Source of the DNA: Oligoflexales bacterium | GTDB lineage: Bacteria; Bdellovibrionota_B; Oligoflexia; Oligoflexales; Bog-1112 | Reading direction: 5' to 3' | Assembly (NCBI GenBank): GCA_045105515.1 | Contig: JBGCDR010000304.1 | Span: forward strand, 1-19,392 | Length of the DNA: 19,392 nucleotides | Shown: positions 8,719 through 18,276 of the stretch, in pieces | Layout: every line of letters begins with the position of its first letter | Numbering within the stretch: position 1 is the first letter of the stretch | Made by a program: the position numbers and the translations under genes | Notes under the pieces: model-generated | Told to the model about the DNA's origin: nothing | What the model saw: only the letters and a program-made list of their open reading frames with translations | The model's database searches: none

Positions 8719-10380
8719 ATGAAAAATTTTCTTAATTGGAACTTGAGTATCTTTTTATTGGTTCAAGCAGGTCAAGTTATCAAAGCTGCTTGCAATCCGC
8801 ACCATCAAGATTGCAGGATTGAGTATACCTTGTCTCAAAAAAATATATTGGCTTATACAAGTCATTTACCAGGTGCAAATCTCGGATCTGTAAAGAGAAT
8901 GATTGTCGGTATTCATGGATACGGAAGAGATGCAGAAGGCTTATATCAGGCCTTGTATCGAGCTTCAGAGGTTTCAGGGCACTTAAATGAAACTTTGATC
9001 TTGGTTCCCTACTTCCAAGCAGAAGAGATGGATATAGCGAGTGACTCTAAGATCCCCTTTAACCCTGATTATTGGACTTGGACTAAAACGAGTTGGATTC
9101 AAGGAGATGATTCTCTGGGGCCAGGCGTACAAATCAGCTCTTTTTCAATGGTAGATCTCCTTATTAGTCATGTACTTGATAGGAATCGTTTACCTGTTGT
9201 TCAATCTACGGTTATTGCTGGTCATAGTGCGGGTGGGCAATTCACTCAGCGTTATGCGATTTTTTCTGATATTGAGAAGAAATTTCCTTGGTGCCAGTTT
9301 ACCTATGTGGTTGCAAATCCCTCAAATTATCTGTACTTGGATGAAAGACGTCCTGATTGGGCAGGATTCTTTCCAGGCGGTGGAGCTTATATTAGCCAGG
9401 AACTTGATGGCTTGGGTTTGGAGAAACCGAGCTATATTGATCCTTATGTGCGTTTGATGAAGCCTTTTCAGCTTAAACCAGAATTTGTTAGTACCAGCTC
9501 AGGTCTTCACTCATCTGGCACAGAATCTTGTTTGTGCAAGGGGGGCGAGCCGTGTCCCTATGAACGTTACAAATATGGATTCGCATTTAAAACTGAGGAA
9601 TCGAATCACTATGCATGTGTCAACGGCTCTAATCAAAATTGTAGTGGAAAGATTCCAAATCGACTGCAGCAAGATGTAGCCAAGACTTTTTTAACTCGTA
9701 AAGTTATATATCTACTAGGGGAGTATGATAATGCTTTTGATAGTCCCAAAGAAAGTGGTCGTCACAACCTAGGAACGAGCTGTGCAGCTAATTTTCAAGG
9801 TCCGGACCGACTAACAAGGGGGATGTATTATTTTGAATATTTGAAAAGTTTTGGCAATCACAACCATCAATTGGTCTATATACCCCAGGCTGGGCATGGG
9901 TATTGGGATATATTCCGGCACTCAGAAAGGGGAAGGAAGGCCTTATTTGGTGGTGAACTTCCCAAAGAAGAAAGGCTTGCCCCTGCTTTTAAGATTTATT
10001 CTCTTGATGAACCTGGTGTCTGTATCATAGGCAATGAATCCACACTTGATCTTGGATATGATGGCTATTCAACATGTAAGTTCTCATGGATTTTGCAGAA
10101 GATAGAAAACCGTGGATACTATGTGATTGCAAAAAACTCCATGAGTTATTTAAAAGTCAGTGCAGAAGGGCAAAATTCGCCCCTTAGGATAGAAGAGTAT
10201 GGTCATATCGATCATAATATTTGGGAGCTAATGCCAAACTCTCTTTTGTTTCAGCATTTCTATATTAAAAATAAAGGAACTGGTGAGTATTTATATCTTG
10301 ATATTGTCGGACGAACAGCTTCGGTTAAGTTAACGCATGCTCGGGAACGAGCAAGCCTCTGGAAAATGGTGGGAGCCTAG
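8719..10380 (+). CDS. Secreted alpha/beta hydrolase with C-terminal ricin-B/beta-trefoil-like domain
   Basis: RBS GAGGTG. Signal ending VIKA-A. Oxyanion-type IHG, nucleophile GHSAGGQF, YVVANPS, LLGEYD, CAANFQG and GHG. The last ~130 aa have three W-anchored repeats (SW.L...Y..IAKNS..YL, IW.L...FYIKNK.TGEYL, LWK). Confidence 0.85.
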   Translation: MKNFLNWNLSIFLLVQAGQVIKAACNPHHQDCRIEYTLSQKNILAYTSHLPGANLGSVKRMIVGIHGYGRDAEGLYQALYRASEVSGHLNETLILVPYFQAEEMDIASDSKIPFNPDYWTWTKTSWIQGDDSLGPGVQISSFSMVDLLISHVLDRNRLPVVQSTVIAGHSAGGQFTQRYAIFSDIEKKFPWCQFTYVVANPSNYLYLDERRPDWAGFFPGGGAYISQELDGLGLEKPSYIDPYVRLMKPFQLKPEFVSTSSGLHSSGTESCLCKGGEPCPYERYKYGFAFKTEESNHYACVNGSNQNCSGKIPNRLQQDVAKTFLTRKVIYLLGEYDNAFDSPKESGRHNLGTSCAANFQGPDRLTRGMYYFEYLKSFGNHNHQLVYIPQAGHGYWDIFRHSERGRKALFGGELPKEERLAPAFKIYSLDEPGVCIIGNESTLDLGYDGYSTCKFSWILQKIENRGYYVIAKNSMSYLKVSAEGQNSPLRIEEYGHIDHNIWELMPNSLLFQHFYIKNKGTGEYLYLDIVGRTASVKLTHARERASLWKMVGA

Positions 10381-10381
10381 C

Positions 10382-11989
10382 CTAATTGACAGGAGAATAT
10401 TCTCTGACTGCTGATTCAAATTCTTGCAGCATCAAATTACATTCTTCTAAGGTTTCTCCGATTGCCAATACTGTCAGTAACCCTATTCTAATGTTGTCGT
10501 TGATGACAACTAGGCCTTTTCTATTTCCTTTTGAATAAACCAGTTTTTGACTTGGGAGCCACTCATATAACCATTTGGAAAATTTATTTCGATTAGTTAA
10601 GCTTTTCATATTCTTAACTTCAATATGGGTATTTGTGTGATAGTATCTGCCATCAAATTCACCTTCAAGCAAGCTATAAGAAATTTGATAAGGGTACAAT
10701 GTAGCCGTTGACCTTATGTTGTTTTCTACAGCATAAAATAAGTTTTCTTTCCCTTTTTTAATACCGACAAAATCAGTTCCAACTGGGCCCTTAACGCCCG
10801 AATAATAGAGGTGTTCTGCAACTGTTTTACCGTACTTGACGGGGGCAATGTTTTCATCTGGCTTTGTAAGTTTACCTCTTCCTCCCGTATATTTTAGGCC
10901 ATTGTTACCCCCTAATACCTGTTCGCTGAGGGAATAGGGGCGTGGGCCATTTTCTTCTATGAATGAAGAGACTGAGGGAGAAGAAAACGAATCTCCTTCA
11001 ATATATTCTTCTATGATTACCCCATGTTCTTCCATTCTTTTTTTATAGCTTTCAGATGCAAGCTTATTAAATTTTTCTGCAATCTGACTTCTACTGATCT
11101 TACAGTCACAAAATTCAAGGTTTAAATTTCCGTCCCCAAGCGCAGATCGGTCAATTTTAATCATAAATTTTCTTTTACCCAGATCCATTAATTTTCTTAC
11201 TGCAAGTGCAAGATCAGAGCTGGAGAAAACTGGTTCGTAGGTTCCCAAAGGGTGGGGTATATTGCAATCACGATAACTCTGCCTACTAACACTTTTTAAG
11301 CCGAATTTAGCTAGAGAGAGAGGGTTAGCCAGCATTTCAATTCCCATCTTTTCAGCCCATTCTTGGCTCAAGGGGCCTCCAGCATGTAAAGCAAATCCAA
11401 GGAAGTGATTGTTATCATTCTTCTTTAGATTTTGCATCTCATGGAAAAGGTTTTCGATTTTTTTCTTGTTATTTTTTAATTCAAGAAAGCTAAAAGGTTC
11501 ATCTTTATCATAGTTGCTTGGCGGTTTTAATTCCAAAATCTTGAAAGATTCATTCTCAAACTTAGAAAATGAGTCTTCGCTTGTAGAGCCGGTCATTAGT
11601 TGGAATAAAAATCTTCGGTAGTCTTTTCTAATAGGACAGGTTGTAAGGTAAAAAACTTTTGCATTACCTCCCATCTGTATGTACCTGAGTGCTAAAAGAT
11701 AGTGGGGGGCAAAAGCCCTATTTTGATGCTGCCTTTGGCTAACTCTATACATTTTAGGAAGGCTAGACTCTGACCAACCTGCACCTACCAATACTAGGGT
11801 TTTATTGTCCTGCAATAGTTTACTCAAATAATCATTTTGAAAGTACTGAAATGAAATGTGATCGAGAGCTACGTGGGGTTGAGCAGCTGTTAAATGGATT
11901 TCTTGCTCGGCTAAACCTGCAGTCCCAATATTAAAAAAGGAGAGCCCTAGTAAATAGAATAATTGGAAAATATCAAAGGGAAAGTGCAT
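10382..11989 (-). CDS. ATP-grasp ligase, PGM1/IQCH-like family, paralog A, signal-peptide-like N-terminus
   Basis: FGLKSVSR..Y....IPHP.G, IKIDRSALGDGN, IEEYIEG, SPS, QVLGG..G..Y.G, GPVGTDF, and the metal-binding E-x-N in AVENNIR. Confidence 0.8.
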   Translation of the reverse strand: MHFPFDIFQLFYLLGLSFFNIGTAGLAEQEIHLTAAQPHVALDHISFQYFQNDYLSKLLQDNKTLVLVGAGWSESSLPKMYRVSQRQHQNRAFAPHYLLALRYIQMGGNAKVFYLTTCPIRKDYRRFLFQLMTGSTSEDSFSKFENESFKILELKPPSNYDKDEPFSFLELKNNKKKIENLFHEMQNLKKNDNNHFLGFALHAGGPLSQEWAEKMGIEMLANPLSLAKFGLKSVSRQSYRDCNIPHPLGTYEPVFSSSDLALAVRKLMDLGKRKFMIKIDRSALGDGNLNLEFCDCKISRSQIAEKFNKLASESYKKRMEEHGVIIEEYIEGDSFSSPSVSSFIEENGPRPYSLSEQVLGGNNGLKYTGGRGKLTKPDENIAPVKYGKTVAEHLYYSGVKGPVGTDFVGIKKGKENLFYAVENNIRSTATLYPYQISYSLLEGEFDGRYYHTNTHIEVKNMKSLTNRNKFSKWLYEWLPSQKLVYSKGNRKGLVVINDNIRIGLLTVLAIGETLEECNLMLQEFESAVREYSPVN

Positions 11990-12035
11990 TGAAAATCTCT
12001 TTTAAAAACATATTAGTAGGTGCATTTCTATGAAT

Positions 12036-13241
12036 TCAGTACATTTGACTTAAATACTGTGCATAGCTTATGAGTGCTCTATCTCTAGTTTCTTCCGCTT
12101 GCTCAGCCTCCATTTGTCTATAAGGGGAAAAATATTTATAAAAATCTTTGCGATAGTATATATAACCAGGCTTAGTGTTTGCTTCGATAATGACTACTTG
12201 ACCATCCGGGAGCATGCCAAGATCTATTCCTAGCTCACCGATTTTAATATCATGGTATTTCTCCATTTCGAGGCAGGTATCGACTGCTGCGTTTTTTAGT
12301 TTACCAATTAGCGTTTCAACAGTTTGCTGAGCTTTGATTGAAATTCGTTTTATAAAAGGTTCAGGCATTTCTGTTGTACCTCCTAAAGCTACATTGCCAC
12401 CAATTTTGATTGTTAAAGCAGTGCATTCAAGTAATCCACCTTCTCCTCGCTGCACAGTTGCCCGGAAGTTTGTTCTCTGCTCATCAAATTGAAAAAATTT
12501 TTGACCCTCTTGAATAAGATAGCGAGTATCAGTGCTAGACATTATAGTTTTTGCTTTATTTAATTCTTCTAATACTTCTTCAAAATCTGAAGATGCCACC
12601 AATTTACTATGGATTTTTTCTTTTTGAATAGAGCTGCTAGCTGTGTCGTCTTCATTATTGTTTTCGGGCCCTTCAAATTCAAGTAACACTCCTGCATCGT
12701 TTTTTTTAACGACCACAATTCCTCGACTTTGGTTGCCATTGTAAGGTTTTAGATATATAAGATCCCAGTCCTCCAGTTTCTGTTCAAAGGCTTTGTCAGT
12801 ATACTCAATCGTCTCAGGGTGATTAAGGTGAGACTTAGCCATCACATTTGCGAATTTAAGCTTGTCAGATAGAGTATTTAAGATCACAGAAGGATTGATC
12901 CTTGGTAAGTCAAGGGAGTAAATATCTTCAATGAGCTTAGCGGCCGTTTTCCTATTTGGGTGTTTTTTATAAAATGAATAATCATAGGTAACGGTTGGTA
13001 GAGGTGCTCTTGATATTCTTTTCCAATTCTGACCATCCCAAATCCTAACATTAGTAATATGATCCTTTTTTATAGAACTTTTATGATCAATTCTATAGGC
13101 TCTAACTCCTGATTTTTTTGCTTGCTCGAACAATCCATGCCGGCGATCCTTATTTAGGATTACTCCAAGAACTGTTTGCGACATTTCTGCTGCATTAATC
13201 TTACATCCAAAAATCAATGCAACTAAAAGAAAAACTCTCAT
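12036..13241 (-). CDS. YheC/YheD-like ATP-grasp protein with signal peptide (complete copy)
   Basis: RBS GGAGG. MRVFLLVALIFGCKINA. PLPTVTYD, DKLKF, LKPYNG..SRGI, YLIQEG, FRATVQR, NVALGG, GELGIDLG and IIEANTKPG. Family-level match only. Confidence 0.85.
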   Translation of the reverse strand: MRVFLLVALIFGCKINAAEMSQTVLGVILNKDRRHGLFEQAKKSGVRAYRIDHKSSIKKDHITNVRIWDGQNWKRISRAPLPTVTYDYSFYKKHPNRKTAAKLIEDIYSLDLPRINPSVILNTLSDKLKFANVMAKSHLNHPETIEYTDKAFEQKLEDWDLIYLKPYNGNQSRGIVVVKKNDAGVLLEFEGPENNNEDDTASSSIQKEKIHSKLVASSDFEEVLEELNKAKTIMSSTDTRYLIQEGQKFFQFDEQRTNFRATVQRGEGGLLECTALTIKIGGNVALGGTTEMPEPFIKRISIKAQQTVETLIGKLKNAAVDTCLEMEKYHDIKIGELGIDLGMLPDGQVVIIEANTKPGYIYYRKDFYKYFSPYRQMEAEQAEETRDRALISYAQYLSQMY

Positions 13242-13278
13242 GTTACCTCCATTGTCAATTCTCTTTAAAAATAGATTC

Positions 13279-14964
13279 TTAGAATTCTGCTTTTATTAGA
13301 TTTTCTCGTGCATATTTGCATCCCCAAAACCTGATGCGTTGTCTGATCTCTTGATCTGCTTGCTCTAAAAGCTCAGCAGCTTCTTCAGGAGAATTTCCTA
13401 CAGCAATCGCTGCAAGTTTACCAATCGCACTGTATTCCCCATGAATCAGGACCCCTTTTTCTGTTTGCTGGGAAAAAGTGAAGTCTTGGTGGCTCAACCA
13501 TTTGTAAAACTCTGTCTGGTGCTTTAGGCGGATTTTACTATTGATCATAATGGGGATTCGCAAAGTCTCACTGATTCTATAGTATTTAGTTTTTAAGGAT
13601 TGTGCTCCAAGCAGGTGGTGTATGGACATATAAGGGTACATGGTGCTTGGGTGTCTAATATTGTTTTCAATCGCAAAATTTAAGGTTTTAGGCTTCTGTT
13701 GGTCAATAATGGTGCCTGAGAGGAAATCAATACCTATCGGTCCCCTTATTCCTGTTTTAGCAAGTGTATTACCTATTGCTAAAGCGCCTCGGACTAATTT
13801 AGGGTTTGTATTATTTAAAGGACCGATGCTCCCTTGGTAACTCAGTCCCTGATCCCCGCCTAATTGTTGGAAGTATAGGCTAAGCAATTCAACTTTAGTC
13901 TCATCTTCTATTATTAACATGGCAGCAGGGGATTGGGTGCTAATGCCATCGATATACTCTTCAACTATGGCTCCATTAGAATATAATTTGTCCAAGAATT
14001 TTGACGATAAATCAGCAATTTTTTGAAGGATTAACCTGATTGTTATAAGAGGGTCATAAAAGTTGACGAAACCTTCTGCTAGGTCATTGGAAAAATCTAA
14101 GATTTCGAGCCCCTCTCCTGCCGAAGAACGATCGATTTTTAAGATAACTTTTTTAGCTCCTGCTTTAAGAAGATCATAGATTTCTTCGGCTAAATAATCT
14201 GGGCTATTGCCCGGAAAATAGGAACCTTTAGGGTGAAGTATGCGTGTTGCTTCATATATTCTTCGAGATTGGCTTTTTGAACCGACATCAGGGCTAAGTT
14301 GCTTATTACCAAGGAGGGGGATATTTAAATATTCAGCAATAAAGTTTAGGACCGGTGAGTTGCTGTGAGCATCTAAGCCAACAACCTCAAACCGTGATGA
14401 TTTGTGATAAGCTGCCATATGGGCTTTGAGGGTTTTTAAAAGGGTTTGATTCCGCTTGCTAAAAAAAAAGTCCTGTGCAAGTGGAAAATCCATAGCTCCT
14501 TGCAAGCTGCCTAAGTTACCACTTGGAATAGTTTTTCGATGCCTTGGTTTATTAAAAACAATCATCCTTAAGGCGTAATTCTCAAAACCTTTAAAACCAT
14601 TTATGCCAAAATCTCCGCTGCCGACCCGATACAGATAGCGACGATATTCTTCGCTAATCGATGTTGTTGAGAGATAAAATAGCTTTACTTTTCCATATAT
14701 TTGATAAAGCCTGACAGCAAGTAAATAAGCTGGAGCGAAAGCCCTTGTTTGTTTATGAGCTTGTTTGAGACTTGAGGAATGCAGTGAATTCTCTGACCAT
14801 CCTGTGACAACAATCACGGGGGTTATGCGGTGTTTCTTTATCCTATCAAGGTATTTTTGCGAATAGTATCGTTGAGCTTCATGAGTATAAGGGTCTGCGA
14901 ACGAGCTTGAGGCAAGTAGTTCCAGATAAAGAGTTAAGAGGAAAATTTTTGTAAAATAGTTCAT
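13279..14964 (-). CDS. ATP-grasp ligase, PGM1/IQCH-like family, paralog B, with signal peptide
   Basis: Signal MNYFTKIFLLTLYLELLASSSFA. GSKSQSRRIY...HPKG, LKIDRSSAGEG, IVEEYIDG, SPA, QQLGGDQG..YQG, GPIGIDF and AIENNIR. Confidence 0.8.
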   Translation of the reverse strand: MNYFTKIFLLTLYLELLASSSFADPYTHEAQRYYSQKYLDRIKKHRITPVIVVTGWSENSLHSSSLKQAHKQTRAFAPAYLLAVRLYQIYGKVKLFYLSTTSISEEYRRYLYRVGSGDFGINGFKGFENYALRMIVFNKPRHRKTIPSGNLGSLQGAMDFPLAQDFFFSKRNQTLLKTLKAHMAAYHKSSRFEVVGLDAHSNSPVLNFIAEYLNIPLLGNKQLSPDVGSKSQSRRIYEATRILHPKGSYFPGNSPDYLAEEIYDLLKAGAKKVILKIDRSSAGEGLEILDFSNDLAEGFVNFYDPLITIRLILQKIADLSSKFLDKLYSNGAIVEEYIDGISTQSPAAMLIIEDETKVELLSLYFQQLGGDQGLSYQGSIGPLNNTNPKLVRGALAIGNTLAKTGIRGPIGIDFLSGTIIDQQKPKTLNFAIENNIRHPSTMYPYMSIHHLLGAQSLKTKYYRISETLRIPIMINSKIRLKHQTEFYKWLSHQDFTFSQQTEKGVLIHGEYSAIGKLAAIAVGNSPEEAAELLEQADQEIRQRIRFWGCKYARENLIKAEF

Positions 14965-15238
14965 AGCAAAAATTGTAATAGTTTAGACAAATCAATAGAA
15001 AGACCGACTGAAGCTATCACTGGAACCTTGATTAATCAAGCTTACCGATCCATTGCAAGCAAAATTTTTTCGGCGATTTCCTATCCACGAAAATGTGGTG
15101 ATTAGAGTTTAGGCACGCCAAAAGATAAATGTGATATATACGAATTCAATAATCTATTAGATATTCTTAATAATTTATATAAACAACTGAACTCTTTCAT
15201 CTTAATTTTTGGACAATAAAAAATAGTCACTTTTTAAA

Positions 15239-15266
15239 TTGACTGATTTTTTAAAATGCTTAGTAT
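15239..15266 (+). promoter_or_regulatory. Candidate sigma70 promoter for the capA-like operon
   Basis: TTGACT-16 bp-TAGTAT, about 75 bp upstream of the TTG start at 15340. Confidence 0.35.
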
Positions 15267-15339
15267 GGCCGCTTGGCATGCGTAAGCATTGTTCACTTGC
15301 AATTAACTGCGTAAAAAAGTTACTGATGGAGTTACCCCG

Positions 15340-16503
15340 TTGCGATTACTTGGTATAGTATGTTTCCTAGCATTTGTTTTTTCTAATTTAGTTTATGGAT
15401 CTGAGTATCATATTTTGTTTACTGGTGATCTGCATTTTGGTCATAATTACCAAGTAAAACGGGAAAAGAATGGTAATACGAATATCAACACCGAGTTTGG
15501 ATACGAGCATCCATTTGCTTTCTTAAATCAATTTATTGAAAAGGCAGACTATGTGGTAGCAAACCTTGAATCTCCAGTGACAGATCTAGCTCAATCTGAT
15601 TTTGAATCAAACAAAACATACCTGCATAAGGAACCGGTTAGGCAAATTTCTGAGTTCTTTGCAAGCAAAAAAATAGATGCTGTATCCTTGGCAAATAATC
15701 ACTTTGTAGATTATGGTGTACAGGGGATGGAGGATAGTTTTACCTTTTTTGATTCTCAATCCATTAGTCATTTTGGAGCGGGAAGAAATCGTACAGAGGC
15801 TCAGGATCCACATATCATTGACATAGAGATTGGTAAGCTTCGATACAAGATTTCAGTGATTGGAGCTTTCGAATATAGAAAGAATTATGATAAGAAATAT
15901 GAAAGCTATGCAGCGAAGGAGAAGGCGGGGGTAAACCGTCTTAGTGAAAAAAACCTGGAAGCTCAGATAAAGAAATTCAGAAAAAAAAATCCACAAGGCA
16001 AGGTTATTCTTTATCCTCATTGGGGTAATAACTATGAGTGGGCATCCGTAAAACAAAAGGAATTTGCTTCAAAAGCATTGGAGCTAGGCACGGATTTAAT
16101 TATAGGTCATGGTGCCCATATGATGCAGGAAATTGGGCTGATAGATCAAAAGATTAGTATCTTTAGTCTTGGGAATTTTGTTTTTAATACCCCTGGCCGA
16201 TATAACCAAAATGAAGTGAAACCATTTTCTCAGCTACTTTTCCTGTCCTTTTTTGAGGAAGAAGATACCCTTAGAATAGAAGCACGCTTATACCCAACTT
16301 TCTGTAACAATAGAAAAAGTAATTATCAACCGAGGCCGCTCAGTGAAAAGGAATTTAATGAGGAATATTTCCCAGTGTTAGAAAATTTTACTCCCACTCT
16401 TAGAAGTTTTGCAAAGTTAGATCGAGACGAGTTAGGCTATTTCTTGAGGTTTGCCCTTGATGATCAATGGAACATAGTTCCAGGTGATGAAGAAGAAAGA
16501 TAA
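15340..16503 (+). CDS. CapA/PgsA (PGA_cap) family metallophosphatase-fold protein with signal peptide
   Basis: TTG start with GGAG RBS. FTGDL, VANLESP, SLANNHFVDYG, GAG, YPHWG, IGHGAH and SLGNF are the characteristic CapA-family motifs. Confidence 0.92.
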   Translation: MRLLGIVCFLAFVFSNLVYGSEYHILFTGDLHFGHNYQVKREKNGNTNINTEFGYEHPFAFLNQFIEKADYVVANLESPVTDLAQSDFESNKTYLHKEPVRQISEFFASKKIDAVSLANNHFVDYGVQGMEDSFTFFDSQSISHFGAGRNRTEAQDPHIIDIEIGKLRYKISVIGAFEYRKNYDKKYESYAAKEKAGVNRLSEKNLEAQIKKFRKKNPQGKVILYPHWGNNYEWASVKQKEFASKALELGTDLIIGHGAHMMQEIGLIDQKISIFSLGNFVFNTPGRYNQNEVKPFSQLLFLSFFEEEDTLRIEARLYPTFCNNRKSNYQPRPLSEKEFNEEYFPVLENFTPTLRSFAKLDRDELGYFLRFALDDQWNIVPGDEEER

Positions 16504-16542
16504 GAGTCGTTTAAAACCAATTTTTAAAAGGAAGTTTTAGCA

Positions 16543-18240
16543 ATGAGAGTCCTGCGTCTTTGCCTTGTCAGCAATTTGTTGTTTACTAGTCTCTTTGTAT
16601 CTGATTCCTATGCTCAAGAACATGAAACAGTTCAAGAGTATTACACTGAAAATTTTCTCAATTCACTTCATGCGAAGAGTATCATCCCTGTTCTAGTAGC
16701 ATCAGGCTGGTCGGAAAGCTCATTAGGGCGCATGGAGAAATATAAACATTTGCACAAACAGAGCCGAGGTTTTGCTCCTTCCTATCTTTTTGCAGTAAAA
16801 CACTACCTGAAGTATGGCAAAGTTAAGCTTGCATACCTATCAACAACGCCGATTAGCCAAGCCTACAGGCGTTACTTGTTTAAAATCGCTAGTGGCTATG
16901 GACAGCTGTCTAAATTTAAGGCTTTTGAAAATGAATGTTATCTTCCATACAAGTTTGAACCTTCTATTTTCGAAGAAGAATCTAAGGAATCAGAAGAAGA
17001 TGGAATGGATGATGAAGCTGATATTGAGTTGCAGGCTTTTGAATATCTAAGACAAGGGGATAACAAATCAACTTTTCAGAAGCTGGAACAGGATATTCAT
17101 GACTTTGTGGATGACGATGAATACCAAGTGATTGGCTATGAGGCTCATAATACGGGGAAATTTCTCGAATCTTGGGCGAAAGCTTTACGTATTCCTTTGC
17201 TGGGCAACAATCCCCATGCAGCGGAATGGGGGCACAAAAGCTTGTCAAGACTATCCTACAAGGAGGCTGGAATTCCTCATCCTCGCGGCACCTATGAGCC
17301 AGAAAAAAATAGACTCAATATCGCAATTCGGATTTATGAGCTCATGTTTGAGCACAAAATTAAAAAATTTATTGTTAAGCTTGAAAAATCAGCAGCTGGT
17401 GATGGAAATAAAATTCTCGATCTTTCGGGTGAATTTGCCGACCCTTTATTCTTTGATGAGGATAATTATAATGAATCTCTTGTTCGTATTATATGTAAAA
17501 TGAATGAATGGTCTGATTCTTATATCGGGCGAATGATAAAATATGGCGCTATTGTGGAAGAGTTCTTTGAGGGTTTTGATTTTACCTCACCTGCCAGTAT
17601 GTATATGGTTAATGGTGAAAATAATATCCACGTGCTCAGCGCTTATGATCAAAGCCTTGGAGGAAGGAATAATCTTCGTTTTGAAGGGGGAGCAGGGCCT
17701 ACAAATATTCAAAGCGACAACGATTTTAATCTTTTGGCCTTGAGTCATAAAGTAGGGAAAGTTCTAGCAAGGAATGGAGTTGCTGGTCATGTTGGTACTG
17801 ATTTTATTTGTTTCAAGACTCAGAAATCTTTAAAATCAATTGATTCTGTTTATGCTATCGAAAATAATGTAAGGCACACTGGTACTATGTATCCTTTTCG
17901 CTGTGCATATATGCTGCTTGGGGAAAAACGGCTCCAGAAAAAATTTTATCAGTCAAATGATTTTGTAAAAGTAAAGAAATATAAAAAGAAAAGTGAGCGC
18001 AGAGAATTTCAGAAATCTTTCTATGATTGGCTTTTTAAACAAAAATTTACCTATGATGGTAGTAAACGCATAGGGGTCTTAGTACATGCCGACTATAGTG
18101 CCTTAGGTAATATTGCAATTTGCGCAATAGCTGATAATAGGAAGGAAGCTGATGAACTTGTCAAACAGGCATCTGCAGCTATTTCTCAGTGGTCGAATCA
18201 GTGGTCCAAAAAGTTCAATGCAGAAAACTCCAAGAAATGA
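16543..18240 (+). CDS. ATP-grasp ligase, PGM1/IQCH-like family, paralog C, with signal peptide
   Basis: RBS AAGGAAG. Signal ending SDSYA-Q. WGHKSLSR..YKEAGIPHPRG, VKLEKSAAGDGN, IVEEFFEG, SPA, DQSLGG, GHVGTDF and AIENNVR..GT.YPF. Confidence 0.8.
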   Translation: MRVLRLCLVSNLLFTSLFVSDSYAQEHETVQEYYTENFLNSLHAKSIIPVLVASGWSESSLGRMEKYKHLHKQSRGFAPSYLFAVKHYLKYGKVKLAYLSTTPISQAYRRYLFKIASGYGQLSKFKAFENECYLPYKFEPSIFEEESKESEEDGMDDEADIELQAFEYLRQGDNKSTFQKLEQDIHDFVDDDEYQVIGYEAHNTGKFLESWAKALRIPLLGNNPHAAEWGHKSLSRLSYKEAGIPHPRGTYEPEKNRLNIAIRIYELMFEHKIKKFIVKLEKSAAGDGNKILDLSGEFADPLFFDEDNYNESLVRIICKMNEWSDSYIGRMIKYGAIVEEFFEGFDFTSPASMYMVNGENNIHVLSAYDQSLGGRNNLRFEGGAGPTNIQSDNDFNLLALSHKVGKVLARNGVAGHVGTDFICFKTQKSLKSIDSVYAIENNVRHTGTMYPFRCAYMLLGEKRLQKKFYQSNDFVKVKKYKKKSERREFQKSFYDWLFKQKFTYDGSKRIGVLVHADYSALGNIAICAIADNRKEADELVKQASAAISQWSNQWSKKFNAENSKK

Positions 18241-18276
18241 GTCTTCATAGTTAATAATTGCTTTGAATCAATCTTC

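Noticed and set aside
15273..15290. TTGGCATGCGTAAGCA as a sigma54 promoter
   Set aside because: The GG-to-GC spacing is 9 rather than the required 10.
15340..16503. Canonical poly-gamma-glutamate cap/pgs operon
   Set aside because: No CapB (Mur-ligase-like), CapC or CapD gene is in the window, and CapA-domain proteins often occur alone.
9170..17743. Nested short ORFs (9170-9457, 9485-9679, 13640-13840, 15607-15813, 15853-16056, 16814-17050, 16982-17248, 17132-17503, 17543-17743) as RiPP precursor peptides for the ATP-grasp enzymes
   Set aside because: All overlap long genes in other frames or strands and show no graspetide-like core repeats. No standalone precursor is evident in the short operon gaps.
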